From positions 11,739 through 75,738 of the forward strand of contig CAVVEY010000022.1 of assembly GCA_963747385.1 (NCBI GenBank): 64,000 bases of DNA, given 5' to 3'. The notes below the pieces were generated by a model that was not told the origin of the DNA, did not search any database, and saw nothing but the letters and a program-made list of their open reading frames with translations. Position numbers and translations under genes: made by a program. Positions 1 to 10,103 of this stretch are shown piece after piece; positions within the stretch are counted from its first letter, which is position 1, and each line of letters begins with the position of its first letter. Origin of the DNA: an uncultured bacterium (GTDB taxonomy: Bacteria; Krumholzibacteriota; Krumholzibacteriia; Krumholzibacteriales; Krumholzibacteriaceae).

Positions 1-2
1 AT

Positions 3-968
3 GCGCGGCTCGAAATCGAGTTCGAGCGCACGCTCCGGATTCCCGACGACGGGAAGGATCACTCCCTGCCCCCCGGGCTCGGAAACTTTCCGCTGAAGCA
101 CGTCGACGATTTCGCAGGCGGCGTGCCGGGGCAGTGGCTCGAGCATGGCGGGGTGATGCTCCCGATGCACCAGGCTGAGGCGATGTGGCTCATGTTTCGC
201 TCGTCATACGTATCCGGGCACGGCGCGCAGTATCCATTCGCCGTCAAGATCGCGGCTGGCAAGATCGACGCCGTCTCGGGCGAGCAGTGGACGAACGGCC
301 TTCACGGCGTGCCGCAGGATTACGCCGTCGTCCCCGAGCAGCCCTGGCTCGACGGCTTCTGCGTCGAGAAGGGAATCATCCGGCAGTTCGTCGCGATGCC
401 TCTCGGCGGCGGCTACACCGCCGAGGAGCAGATCACGGGCGCCGCGGAGTTCGGGGGACTCCAGATCGTCGCCTATCCGATGAAGCGCGAGGCGTTCGAG
501 CGGCGGTTCCCGAAACGGTCAGGCCGCGAGATGGCGATGGAAGAGACGCGCTGCATGCCCATGATGGCCCCCCCGGACATGGGCCTCGCTCCGGGCGGGC
601 GCATGAGACAGGAGATCTACGAGGATCCGTTCGATTTCAATGACTGGGACCGCTCGAGCTCCAGCAGGTGCTTCGTGCACATCGCGAACTCCCTCGTCTG
701 GCGGGCGATCACGGGAGAGGCGCCGCCGACCGTGCCGCCGACCGCGGAGGCATACACGTGCGCGGGGCTCCCCTGGTTCGACTACTACGCCGAAGGCGCG
801 GAGGCGCTCGAGGGTTCCGATATCCTGAAGCAGCTGAAGAGTGTGATTCAGCTCGGCCGCTCGAAGCGCGAGAATCCCGTGCCGGAGAACGGGTCCGTCG
901 CTCCGAAGAGGGTCGTCCGCCTCGGCGATAAGCGCCCGCGGTCTCATGTCAGGGAGGGGAAGTTCTAG
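3..968 (+). CDS. Conserved hypothetical protein, 5'-truncated by the window edge
   Basis: The frame is open from position 3 (ARLEIEFERTLRIPDDGKDHSLPPGLGNFPL...) into the 123..968 ORF. It carries motifs EAMW, QPWLDG, RQFVAMPLG, MGLAPGGRMRQEIY and PWFDYY, recalled from an uncharacterised bacterial/fungal family. Confidence 0.8.
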   Translation, partial: ARLEIEFERTLRIPDDGKDHSLPPGLGNFPLKHVDDFAGGVPGQWLEHGGVMLPMHQAEAMWLMFRSSYVSGHGAQYPFAVKIAAGKIDAVSGEQWTNGLHGVPQDYAVVPEQPWLDGFCVEKGIIRQFVAMPLGGGYTAEEQITGAAEFGGLQIVAYPMKREAFERRFPKRSGREMAMEETRCMPMMAPPDMGLAPGGRMRQEIYEDPFDFNDWDRSSSSRCFVHIANSLVWRAITGEAPPTVPPTAEAYTCAGLPWFDYYAEGAEALEGSDILKQLKSVIQLGRSKRENPVPENGSVAPKRVVRLGDKRPRSHVREGKF

Positions 969-980
969 CTGGAGGCATAC

Positions 981-1008
981 GCGGCGCGGGAGTCACGCCC
1001 CGCGCCGC
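981..1008. terminator. GC-rich hairpin between convergent genes (probable terminator)
   Basis: GCGGCGCGGG...CCCGCGCCGC 10-bp inverted repeat between the stops at 968 and 1015; no clear U-tract. Confidence 0.5.
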
Positions 1009-1014
1009 GATATC

Positions 1015-1734
1015 TCATCGGCGGAGCAGCGCCGCCATCTCCCGCACCGCCTGCTCGATCCCGACGAACATCGCCCGCGAGATGACGCTGTGGCCGATGT
1101 TGAGCTCCTCGATCTCGCGGATCTCGACGATCGCTCGCACGTTATGGTATGTCAGTCCGTGCCCCGCGTGAACTTTGAGCCCGTGCTTGGCGATCGCTGA
1201 CGCCGCGTCCCGGATCGCCCGGAGCGTTCGCTCGACCTCCGTCTTCCCCGCGTTCGCGTACTCACCCGTGTGGATCTCGACCGCGTCGAAGCCGAGCTTC
1301 GCGGCCTCCTTGATCTGCGCGATGTCGGGATTGAGGAAGGCAGCTACCGTGATTCCGCCTTCCTTGAGCGACTTGACGATGGGCCCCGCGGCGGCGCTAA
1401 TCTTGAGAAGATCGAGCCCGCCCTCGGTCGTCACCTCTTCGCGCTTCTCGGGCACGAGCGTCACCGAATCGGGACGCAGCGCGAGCGCGATCTCCTGCAT
1501 CTCGGTCGTCGCGGCCATCTCCATGTTGACCCGCGTCTGCGCGAGCTCGCTGATGAGGCGCGCGTCGCGGTTCTGGATATGCCGCCGGTCCTCGCGCAGG
1601 TGAAAGGTGATCTGATCGGCGCCCCCGTGCTCGGCCGCCATCGCGGCGGTCACCGGATCGGGCTCCGTCGTCTTTCGCGCCTCGCGGAGCGTGGCCACGT
1701 GGTCGATATTGACTCCAAGCCTGATCGTGCTCAC
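1015..1734 (-). CDS. pdxJ: Pyridoxine 5'-phosphate synthase
   Basis: RLGVNIDHVATLREAR, HLREDRRHIQ, VHAGHGL and ELNIGHS motifs. GTG start overlaps the upstream stop (GTGA). Confidence 0.96.
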   Translation of the reverse strand: MSTIRLGVNIDHVATLREARKTTEPDPVTAAMAAEHGGADQITFHLREDRRHIQNRDARLISELAQTRVNMEMAATTEMQEIALALRPDSVTLVPEKREEVTTEGGLDLLKISAAAGPIVKSLKEGGITVAAFLNPDIAQIKEAAKLGFDAVEIHTGEYANAGKTEVERTLRAIRDAASAIAKHGLKVHAGHGLTYHNVRAIVEIREIEELNIGHSVISRAMFVGIEQAVREMAALLRR

Positions 1735-2921
1735 GGCCTTCCTCCCTCTGCCATCGCCAGGTTGTGTCTCTTTATCATCTGGGAGATCGTCAGAAAATCG
1801 ATTCCCTCTTTCCTCGCCTCGTCGATCATCCAGCGGAGATCGTCGAGCGTCTGCGGCTTCACGTGAACGATGCCGATCGCCGAGCCTCTCCGCGCCGCGA
1901 TCGACAGGAGCTTCCGCATGTTCTCGCGCGTGTCCCCGTCGCCGCCGTCGACGAGCATGTCGTTGGCCGCGGCGTTCGTCCCGAGCTCCCCGGCGACCTC
2001 GCGCACGACCGAGTGCGAGGTCGTCACGCTGTCGAAGAAGAAGAGCCCGCGCTCCCGGCAGAGCCGCAGCACCGTTTTCATGAGCGCGCGGTCGGCGGTC
2101 GCCTTCGAGCCCATGTGATTGTTGATCCCGATGGCGCCGGGGGTGGTCTCGAGCGCCTTCGCGATCGTCTTCTCGATCTCGGCCGGCTTCATCGACACGC
2201 GGACGAGCGGAATCTCGCCGCTGTCCCAGCCCTCTTTCTCCGCCTCCATCGGAAGATGGCAGAGAATGTCCTTCCCCGCCTCGGCGGCCGCGAGGCAGAT
2301 CTTCTGAGAATGCTTGAGCCCCGGTATCACCGCGATCGTGAGCGGTATGTCGAGCTCGAGAAACTCCTTCACGAGCGCGTTGTTGAAGAATCCGAAATCG
2401 TCGACGCAGATGGCGACGACGCGCTCGGGCCGCTGCCCGGCTCCTGCCCGATGCTGGCGCTCGGAGCCTTTCTTGATGATACACCGGTGCGTGAGCGCGC
2501 GCCTCGTGCCGATTTCCATCGTGATGATCGAGCCGTCCTTCCCCTCGCGGCAGGAGCGCACCCGCCCCCCGGTCGCGCGGACGGCCTTCGATATCGCGGC
2601 GTTGATCTGCACGAGAGAGGCGTCGGGGGCCGTCTCGGCGCGGATGATCGTCGCCGCGCTCTCCGATCCGGCCTGATTCTCGGTCTCGATCCTCAGATGT
2701 TTTCCCATGACGCCGTAGCGCCTGAGCGCCTTCACGATGCGCTGCTCCATGTCGCGCTGGACGTGCGTGTACCGGTTGTCTGCGCCGGCGTCGAGGAGAA
2801 ACACCCTCCCGCTCTCCGTCTTGAAATAGCGATAGAGCCCGAGCACGGCGACGAAAACGAGGCAGAGGACGACCGCGAACATCTTGAGGCGCGACGAGCT
2901 GTCCGATTTCTTCTTTACCAC
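1731..2921 (-). CDS. Divergent polysaccharide deacetylase (YibQ-like) with N-terminal membrane anchor
   Basis: ICVDDFG, HLPME, GINNHMGS and FFDSVT motifs; N-terminal TM helix. GTG start at 2921 is inferred. Confidence 0.88.
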   Translation of the reverse strand: MVKKKSDSSSRLKMFAVVLCLVFVAVLGLYRYFKTESGRVFLLDAGADNRYTHVQRDMEQRIVKALRRYGVMGKHLRIETENQAGSESAATIIRAETAPDASLVQINAAISKAVRATGGRVRSCREGKDGSIITMEIGTRRALTHRCIIKKGSERQHRAGAGQRPERVVAICVDDFGFFNNALVKEFLELDIPLTIAVIPGLKHSQKICLAAAEAGKDILCHLPMEAEKEGWDSGEIPLVRVSMKPAEIEKTIAKALETTPGAIGINNHMGSKATADRALMKTVLRLCRERGLFFFDSVTTSHSVVREVAGELGTNAAANDMLVDGGDGDTRENMRKLLSIAARRGSAIGIVHVKPQTLDDLRWMIDEARKEGIDFLTISQMIKRHNLAMAEGGRP

Positions 2922-2927
2922 GTGAAT

Positions 2928-2957
2928 ACTATAGGCGGGAGATCGCGGCAAAGTCAA
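2928..2957 (-). promoter_or_regulatory. Sigma70-type promoter of the deacetylase-pdxJ operon
   Basis: TTGACT-N18-TATAGT on the minus strand, 6 nt before the GTG. Confidence 0.55.
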
Positions 2958-2987
2958 GGAGCGGCGGAAGAGCGCTTCCAATCGGGC

Positions 2988-3017
2988 AAAAGAAAAGCCC
3001 CCTCGGGGGAGGGGGCT
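2988..3017 (-). terminator. Rho-independent terminator
   Basis: AGCCCCCTC-4nt-GAGGGGGCT stem followed on the minus strand by TTTCTTTT. Confidence 0.8.
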
Positions 3018-3067
3018 CGATCGTTCGCCGATGCGCGGGAACTGGCGTTCGCCGCGGCTCCTGCATC

Positions 3068-3664
3068 TCAGCCCTCGGGTTTCGCGATATCGTCTGCGCG
3101 CCGGAGGAGGTAGATTCTCTGGCCCCCTTTATCGACGCCCTTCGCGATGAACTTGACGAGATCGTTTCCGACCCACGTGGTCGCTCCCCCATTGAGGCGT
3201 GCCAGGATGGTGTATTCCCGCGTCGTTTCCCAACAGTCGTCGCAGGCGACACTTTCGATGTCATAGATCTGCACCCAATATCCCCCCTGCTGCACAACAG
3301 TCAACTCGAGCGCCTCGAGCCACTTCAACGGATCGATATTGGGTCTATTCTCGGCCGCGTCGAACATTCTGCCCGTCTGGGCGATATCCGTGGTCCTGTC
3401 GTAGTATTCCGGCGTTTCTTCGCCCGGCTGGTTGTACCATATATAATCGTCATGAAGGAGCTCGATGAACCGATCTTTATTGTGCTCCTTGTAGCACTGC
3501 ACGAGGTTATATATGATGTTTTCCTTGTCCGTCAGAGATTTGTACGTAGCCGCGGGCGGCTTCTCCGGCACCTCTTCATCCGGAGACAGGATACATCCCG
3601 AATAACCGACCAGCGCGAACACGGCGAGCACCAGGAACGCATATCTCAGTCTGTTTCCAAACAT
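3068..3664 (-). CDS. Hypothetical lipoprotein (possibly NTF2/SnoaL-like fold)
   Basis: GGAGGAGG SD, signal peptide and lipobox YSG-C (CILSPDEE). The fold is a guess from the helix-then-beta-strand pattern. Confidence 0.75.
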   Translation of the reverse strand: MFGNRLRYAFLVLAVFALVGYSGCILSPDEEVPEKPPAATYKSLTDKENIIYNLVQCYKEHNKDRFIELLHDDYIWYNQPGEETPEYYDRTTDIAQTGRMFDAAENRPNIDPLKWLEALELTVVQQGGYWVQIYDIESVACDDCWETTREYTILARLNGGATTWVGNDLVKFIAKGVDKGGQRIYLLRRADDIAKPEG

Positions 3665-3769
3665 ACGTTTTCCTCCTCCTGGAATAGTACCACATTCGGG
3701 GGAATTATTCAAGATCATATTTTCTTCCGCCATGTCTGATATCCTGCCGCTTTATGCACGCCATGCGCC

Positions 3770-4354
3770 CTACGGGCGAAGCGCCCCCCTCAGAATACCC
3801 GAGGTCGGGTTCGCGCCGCTCGGCTGAATGTCCTCCCATATGGAAAGAACCCATCCCTGCGTTCCCTGGATGATAGTGAATTTGGCTATCCCCGCGTACA
3901 CCACGGCGGGGGAACCGTCCCCGAGGTTCAGGGTTATCGTGTAGGTGCCCTCATAGGTGGCGAGGCCCACCTGCTCGTTTTCGTAGGTGAAGGCCAGATT
4001 CGCGTCGCCGAACTGCACGGTTCTCTCGCCGACGTAGAGCGTCTTTATCCTCGTGAGGACACCGAGCTCGACCGCCTTGGTCCAGTCCGCGAAGCTCCCC
4101 GGGTACACGGCCTCGGCGTCGGCGGACGGGATGAAGGTGAAGGCCGGATCGAGGCTCCGCTCGTAGTTCGAGTCGAGATTGCAGGCGAACCCGCTCTTGA
4201 GGTTGACGAACACGTCCTTGGGCCTGTTGGGCACGATCCACGGGCACACGTCCCCTCCGCCCCCCGGGGTCTCGGCCGTGCGCGGCTCGAAGATGCAGCC
4301 CTCGGGCGCGATCGCCGCGAGAAGCAGCAGGCCCGCGATGAGATATTTCCGCAT
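3770..4354 (-). CDS. Hypothetical lipoprotein (likely distant paralogue of the adjacent one)
   Basis: Signal peptide with EG-C (CIFEPRTAE); similar size and layout to 3068..3664. Confidence 0.75.
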   Translation of the reverse strand: MRKYLIAGLLLLAAIAPEGCIFEPRTAETPGGGGDVCPWIVPNRPKDVFVNLKSGFACNLDSNYERSLDPAFTFIPSADAEAVYPGSFADWTKAVELGVLTRIKTLYVGERTVQFGDANLAFTYENEQVGLATYEGTYTITLNLGDGSPAVVYAGIAKFTIIQGTQGWVLSIWEDIQPSGANPTSGILRGALRP

Positions 4355-4367
4355 GGCGCTTTTCCTC

Positions 4368-6359
4368 CTAGAACCTGAGCGTAAGCTCCGAATCGGCTTC
4401 CCAGTATTCCTTTCGCTCGCGCGTGATGTAGGGGCCGTAGTTCCTCACGTACGCGACGTCGAGCGATATGCCGCCGCGCTCCCCGAATTTCATCGTTCTC
4501 ACAAAGCCGACTTTCATGCCGCCCGACTCGTACGTCGTCGTCGAAGCGATGATCCTCCGTCCGTTCCGGGAACCGATGACGTTGCTCCTTTGAATCCTGA
4601 AATCGTTTTCGGCCGTCAAGAGAAAATCGGCTATCACCTGGTACTGGACCGTCAGCTCCAGAGAGTGTTCGAACGTCTCGTTCGTGGGGCTGTACCGCCG
4701 CCCCGCCGCTCGCATGAGATAGCTCCCGGTATCCTTCTTGAGATAGCTGTGCAGAAAATCGAATGTGAGCGAGCGGAACACGTTGAAGTCCGCCCGCGTA
4801 TTCAGGCTCGTCGTTCTGTTGAGGTAGTTCTTGTCCGCCGTGTAGACGAAATCGGTGAACTCGATCTTGACGAGGTAATCCTGAGAAAGGGACAGCCAGG
4901 GGGCGGCCTGCAGCCAGAGCCTCGGGCCGAGCTGATACTTGTTTTCGATTCTGTTGTCGCCCGAGAGCGTGCTGTTGATATTGATCGTTTCGTACCGGTC
5001 GGCGGAGCCGTTGATGACGGCGCTGAATTTCCGGTACGGCGCCCTCAGGTTGAACTTGGCGCGGTAGAGAAGATAGTCGGCGTCGCGAGGGTTGACGGTC
5101 TGCTTCAAATAGAAGCGCTGCTTGAGAGACCCCGAGCCGCTCAAGCTGATCGAGATGGAGTCGCCGAGATCCTGATTGACGCTCAGGCTCAAGACGTGGT
5201 CGCGCTCCCGGTAGCTCGAAAGGGAGACCGGCCCGTAGTCCGACAGGGCGTCGCTCGTGGAAGCGCCGAACTGAAGCGTGCCCCGGGGGGCGTAGGAGTA
5301 GCGCGCGGCCGCGTCCATCGAATTCGTCTCGCTCTCCATCGAGAGCCGCGTATCCACCCGGTATTTCTGTGTCGCCCTGGAATGCTTGAAATTCGTCGAG
5401 AGGGCCAAAAAGGAAAGCGGCTGGAGAGAGGTATTCACGATGAGCTGCTCCGAACGGTTCCTCGCCTCCTCCCTCTTGGCCAGGGACGGGTCGGCGAGAA
5501 TCTCGTAGGTGTTGCCGAGCGGGGGCATGAGCTTTCGGTCGACTCCCTTGAGCCAGTTATATAAGACCTCGACGGTCTTCGTCTGGCCCCTGCCGTAGCT
5601 CAAGCCCGCCCGCACCGAGTCCGCGTTGCTCGACATCGGGCCGAACTTGTTTCTGCCGACGTAGCTCGTCTCCCGCTTTCCGCTCGCGCCGACGCCGCCC
5701 ACCACGGTCAAGAGGTCGCCGATCAGGTATTTCAGGGTGCCGCTCGCGCTCCCGGTATAGGCGCGATCGAATTTGAAGTCGTTCGTTCCCTTGCTGCCAT
5801 CCGCCGTTATGGTGAGATTCGACGAGGAAGCCTTGAGGAGCGGTTTCAGGACGGCGAAGTCGAGGCTCGCTTTCGTGTTGTTGAAGACGATATCCTGCCC
5901 GAACCGGCCGAGCCCGAGCGTCTTCATCTTGCTGTAACTTTCGCCGACCTCCATGCCCAGCCGGTACAGGCCGGGCTGCACCTTGTCCGCCTGGTTCGAA
6001 ACGCGCTCGGTGATGTCTTCCATGGTGCGCTGGCGGTATCGCTTTCGCTCCATGCCGAGGCTGTGCGTGAACTTCCATCCTCTGCCGGCGTCGATCGTGG
6101 CGTTCAGGCTGCTGCCGATGGAAACATAGATATCGTTGCTGGCGACGCTGGACGTGCTGAGGGCGGTGAAGCGGTCGACGGGCGCCCGCGCCGAATCGGC
6201 CGTCGTCGAGTCGGCCTTGGCCGAGTCCGCTTTCGCCTCCGCGCTGGCGGCGAAATCCGAGAGATTGGAGGGTTTCGATTGCGCGCGCGCCGGGGCGCCC
6301 CACATGAAATGAAGCGCGATACACAGCGAAACGCCCGCGATGCGGATGAGGGTGCTCAT
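4368..6359 (-). CDS. Hypothetical outer-membrane beta-barrel protein
   Basis: Signal peptide (PARA-QS), alternating amphipathic Tyr/Ser-rich strands and a C-terminal barrel signal ADSELTLRF. Start overlaps the rsmA stop. Confidence 0.7.
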   Translation of the reverse strand: MSTLIRIAGVSLCIALHFMWGAPARAQSKPSNLSDFAASAEAKADSAKADSTTADSARAPVDRFTALSTSSVASNDIYVSIGSSLNATIDAGRGWKFTHSLGMERKRYRQRTMEDITERVSNQADKVQPGLYRLGMEVGESYSKMKTLGLGRFGQDIVFNNTKASLDFAVLKPLLKASSSNLTITADGSKGTNDFKFDRAYTGSASGTLKYLIGDLLTVVGGVGASGKRETSYVGRNKFGPMSSNADSVRAGLSYGRGQTKTVEVLYNWLKGVDRKLMPPLGNTYEILADPSLAKREEARNRSEQLIVNTSLQPLSFLALSTNFKHSRATQKYRVDTRLSMESETNSMDAAARYSYAPRGTLQFGASTSDALSDYGPVSLSSYRERDHVLSLSVNQDLGDSISISLSGSGSLKQRFYLKQTVNPRDADYLLYRAKFNLRAPYRKFSAVINGSADRYETININSTLSGDNRIENKYQLGPRLWLQAAPWLSLSQDYLVKIEFTDFVYTADKNYLNRTTSLNTRADFNVFRSLTFDFLHSYLKKDTGSYLMRAAGRRYSPTNETFEHSLELTVQYQVIADFLLTAENDFRIQRSNVIGSRNGRRIIASTTTYESGGMKVGFVRTMKFGERGGISLDVAYVRNYGPYITRERKEYWEADSELTLRF

Positions 6360-7178
6360 CGAAGCCCTTTCACGCGCCGGGAGGCTGCGAAGAGTTCGAA
6401 CCAGCTTTCGAGCGAGAGCTCCTCGGGACGCATGCCGAAATCGACGCCCGAAAGTTCGCCCAGCCTGTCCCAATCCTTAGCAGTTTCTACGTCCAGCAAT
6501 TCTCCCAGGATGTTGCGGAGCTTTTTCCTTCGATGAGAAAAGCATCCCTTCAGAAACTGGAGAAACGCCCCCCGGTCTTCGGGCCCTCTCCCCGGCGTGT
6601 GCGGCACGAATCCGAGCACGACGCTCTCGACCTTGGGGGGCGGCGTGAACGATCCGGGGCGGACCCTGAGCACTCTCTTCATTATAAAGTAAGTCCGCAG
6701 AAAAATCGACAATATACCGCAATTCCTCTCGCCCGGCTCGGTCAGGATCCGGTCGCCGACCTCCCTCTGGACCATGAGCACGGCCGCGCTCAGCATCCGC
6801 CAGCGGGCGAGATCGATGAGGATCGTGCCGGTGAGATTGTAGGGGATGTTGCCGGCGACCTTGTAGCTCGTCCGGCCTCGCTCCCGCGCCGTCTCGTCGA
6901 AGTCCACGACGCGTATGTCGCCGTAGCGAATCTCGACGTTGCTCGGCGGTTGCGAATTTCTCGCGGAGGAGATCGACGAGCTCGCCGTCGATTTCGTAGG
7001 CGACGACCGAGGCGCCGCTCCGGGCGAGGGGGACCGTGAGCGCGCCGCGCCCGGGCCCGATCTCGAAAACGAGGTCCCCCGGCGCGGGGGAGATCGCGTC
7101 CACGATCCGCTTCGCCACCGACTCCGCCGTGAGAAAATTCTGTCCGAGTCTCTTCTTCGCGCGGAGCATGGCCCTCAT
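6356..7178 (-). CDS. rsmA: 16S rRNA dimethyladenosine methyltransferase (one apparent +1 frameshift near 6945)
   Basis: KKRLGQNFL and EIGPGRGALT in one frame; GNIPYN, MVQREV and SFTPPPKVES in the next. Confidence 0.93.
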
Positions 7179-8551
7179 TCCTTATAGTACGTTCTCACGC
7201 GGAATCGCGCGCGCGGGATCGACGAGACGAGCGCCCGGCACGCCTCGACGTCCACGCCCGGATAATCGAGCACGGTCACGGTGCACGCCATCTTCGAAGC
7301 GGCGGCGCGCTTGATGAAATCGAGAACGGCGTCGAACGCCTTCTCCCCCGCGTCCGGGCGGCAGAGCCGCGCGTACGAGGCGCGGTCGTGGGCGTTGAGG
7401 CTGACCGATACGCCGTCGAAAACGCCGGCGAGCTCCGGGACGATGTCGCGCCGGTTGATCGTGTTCCCGTGGCCGTTCGTGTCGAGCCTGAGCGGGAGCC
7501 CGAGCGACTTGAGCGCGCGAGCCGCCTCGAGCACGTCCGCCGCCCTGCACGTCGGCTCCCCGTAGCCGCAGAAGACGATCTCCCCGTACGGCCCCTCGCG
7601 CGCGAGCGCCGCCGCCGCCTCGACCATCTCGCTCACCGTCGGGTCGGCCGCGAGGTTGAGGTTGTGGCCGTAGAGAGAGTTGTCGCGGCGGTTGCGGAGG
7701 CAGAAGACGCAGTTGTTGGTGCATGCGCGCGTGGCGTTGATATAGATGTTTCCCTTGAGGACGTACGCGACGGCGCCCGGGACGTTCTTCCGCTTGTGGA
7801 TCAGGCGCGCGTAGTTGCTCTCGGCCGCGCGCTCGACGTCGGCGGGCTCGACGCCCCGTATCGCGGCGAGCCGGTCGCGTACGATCGCCACGCGCGCGGG
7901 CTCGTTGCGCGTGCCGCGGTGCGGCTCGGGGGGCAGGTAGGGGCAGTCGGTCTCGAGGACGAACGCCGACGACGGGAGAATCTTCGCGAGCTCCGGCAAT
8001 CTCGAATTCTTGTACGTGAGCGGGCCTCCGACGCCTATGAGGAAACCGAGCTCGCGCGCCTGGCGCGCCTCCTCGACCCCGCCGGGAAACGCGTGGAATA
8101 TCCCGCCGACCTCCGAGGCCCCTTCCTCGCGGAGGATCGCTATCGTGTCGTCGAAGGCCTCGCGCGAGTGGACGACGATCGGCTTCTTGAAATAGAGCGC
8201 GATCCCGATCTGCCGCCTGAAGACCTCGCGCTGCCGCTCCCGCGGCGAGAGATCGCGGTAGTAATCGAGCCCCGTTTCGCCGACGGCGACGATTTTCTTC
8301 AGGAGAAGCCCCTCCTTGATTTTATTCTCGAGGGCCTCGTCCCATTGCTTCGCGTCGTGCGGGTGTATGCCGAGCGCGCCGTAAACGTCGCCGTACCGCC
8401 GGGTGAGGGCGATCGTGTTGTCGACGGACCGCGCGTCGTAGCAGACCTGGAGCATCTCCCCCACGCCCGCCGCGCGGGCTCGCGCGACCACGTCGTCGAG
8501 GTCGTCTTTGAACTGCTTCATGTCGAGATGGACGTGGGAGTCGACGAGCAT
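7175..8551 (-). CDS. tatD: TatD DNase fused to a C-terminal TatD-associated radical SAM domain
   Basis: DSHVH, GETGLDY, HSREA and ETDCPYL (TatD), followed by CTNNCVFC, FCGYGEP and DTNGHG (radical SAM). Confidence 0.92.
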   Translation of the reverse strand: MLVDSHVHLDMKQFKDDLDDVVARARAAGVGEMLQVCYDARSVDNTIALTRRYGDVYGALGIHPHDAKQWDEALENKIKEGLLLKKIVAVGETGLDYYRDLSPRERQREVFRRQIGIALYFKKPIVVHSREAFDDTIAILREEGASEVGGIFHAFPGGVEEARQARELGFLIGVGGPLTYKNSRLPELAKILPSSAFVLETDCPYLPPEPHRGTRNEPARVAIVRDRLAAIRGVEPADVERAAESNYARLIHKRKNVPGAVAYVLKGNIYINATRACTNNCVFCLRNRRDNSLYGHNLNLAADPTVSEMVEAAAALAREGPYGEIVFCGYGEPTCRAADVLEAARALKSLGLPLRLDTNGHGNTINRRDIVPELAGVFDGVSVSLNAHDRASYARLCRPDAGEKAFDAVLDFIKRAAASKMACTVTVLDYPGVDVEACRALVSSIPRARFRVRTYYKE

Positions 8552-8558
8552 GCGCGCT

Positions 8559-10098
8559 TCAACCCTTCAGGAGATCGGCGCTGTCCACCTTGATGCGCGG
8601 GAAGAGCGGCACGGGCTGCGCGAGGGCGCTCGCGCCCGCCGCTTTCTCCGGAAGATCGTTCATCGTGAGTTTCTCCGCTCCGAGCTGGGCGAGCATCTCC
8701 GCCATCTTGCGGGGCATGAAGGGAGAGAGCACGACCCCCGAGGCCCTGAGCACGGCGAGGAGCTCGCGGAACATCTCCTCGAGCTCGTGGCACTTCGCGG
8801 GATCCTTGGCCAGGTCCCAGGGGCGCTTTTCCTCGATGAAGCGGTTCGCGCGCTGGATGACCGCCCAGTAGGCGCCGAGCGCCCGCGAGAACTCCATGCG
8901 GTCCATGTGGCCGCGATACGCATCGAGCGATCGCGCGAGCTCGGCGTAGAGCTCGTGCCCCGCCCCGAGCGGCTTCGCCTCGACCGCGCCGCCGAGATAC
9001 TTCGAGATCATCGTGACGGTGCGGCTGAAGAGATTGCCGATGTCGTTCGCGAGATCCGCGTTGTAGCGGTTGAGGAAGACCTCGGCCGTGACGTCGCCGT
9101 CGCGGTCGAAGGGAACCTCGCGGAGCAGCAGATACCGGAGCGCGTCGGAGCCGAAGGCCTCGACCATCCGCATCGGATCGATGATGTTCCCGCGCGTCTT
9201 CGACATCTTCTCGCCGGCGAGCGAGATGAACCCGTGCGCGAAGACCGAGCGCGGGGGCGCCACACCTCCCGCCATGAGCATCGCCGGCCATATGATGCAG
9301 TGAAAGCGCGTGATGTCCTTGCCGATCACGTGCACGTCGGCGGGCCACCAGCGATCGAACGCCTTCGTGTCGGCCCCGCCGAAACCGAGCGCCGAGATAT
9401 AGTTCGTGAGCGCGTCGAACCAGACGTAGATCACGTGCGCCTCGTCGATCGGGAGCGGTATTCCCCACTCCTTGCCGAAGCGCGAGATCGAGACGTCGTC
9501 GAGCCCGCCCTTGATGACGTTGATGACCTCGTTGAAACGGATCTGCGGCCGCACGAATTCGGGATTCTTCTCGAAGAACTCGAGGAGCGGCTGCTGGAAC
9601 CGCGAGAGGGCGAAGAAATAGTTCTCCTCGCTGATCTTCTTGGGCGGCAGCTTGTGTTTCGGGCAGAGGCCGTCCGCGAGATCCTTCTCGACGATGAACT
9701 CCTCGCACGACTCGCAGTAGAGCCCTTCGTACTTTCCTTTATATATGTAGCCGTTCGCGTGGATTCGTCTCGAAGAGCGTGCGCACCGAGAGAACGTGCC
9801 GCTCTTCCGTCGTGTGGATGAAGTCGTCGTACGAGATATCGAGCGCCTTCCACGCGGCCTGGAACTCCACCGACATCGAGCGGCAGTATTCGCGGGGGTC
9901 GAGCCCGCGGCTCCGCGCCTCGCGCTCGACGTTCGTGCTGTGCTCGTCGTTCCCCATGAGAAAATGAACGTCGAAGCCCGAGAGGCGCTTGTAGCGCGCC
10001 ATGCAGTCGGCGCCGATCTTCTCGTAGGCGGTGCCGAGGTGCGGCTTCTGATTCACGTAATCGATCGCCGTGGTTATATAGAATCGTTTCGTATCCAT
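8559..10098 (-). CDS. metG: Methionine-tRNA ligase, short form (apparent +1 frameshift near 9765)
   Basis: YITTAIDYVNQKPHLG, GNDEH, YCESCEE, YVWFDAL, IGKDI and KMSKT motifs. Confidence 0.95.
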
Positions 10099-10103
10099 TC
10101 CGT

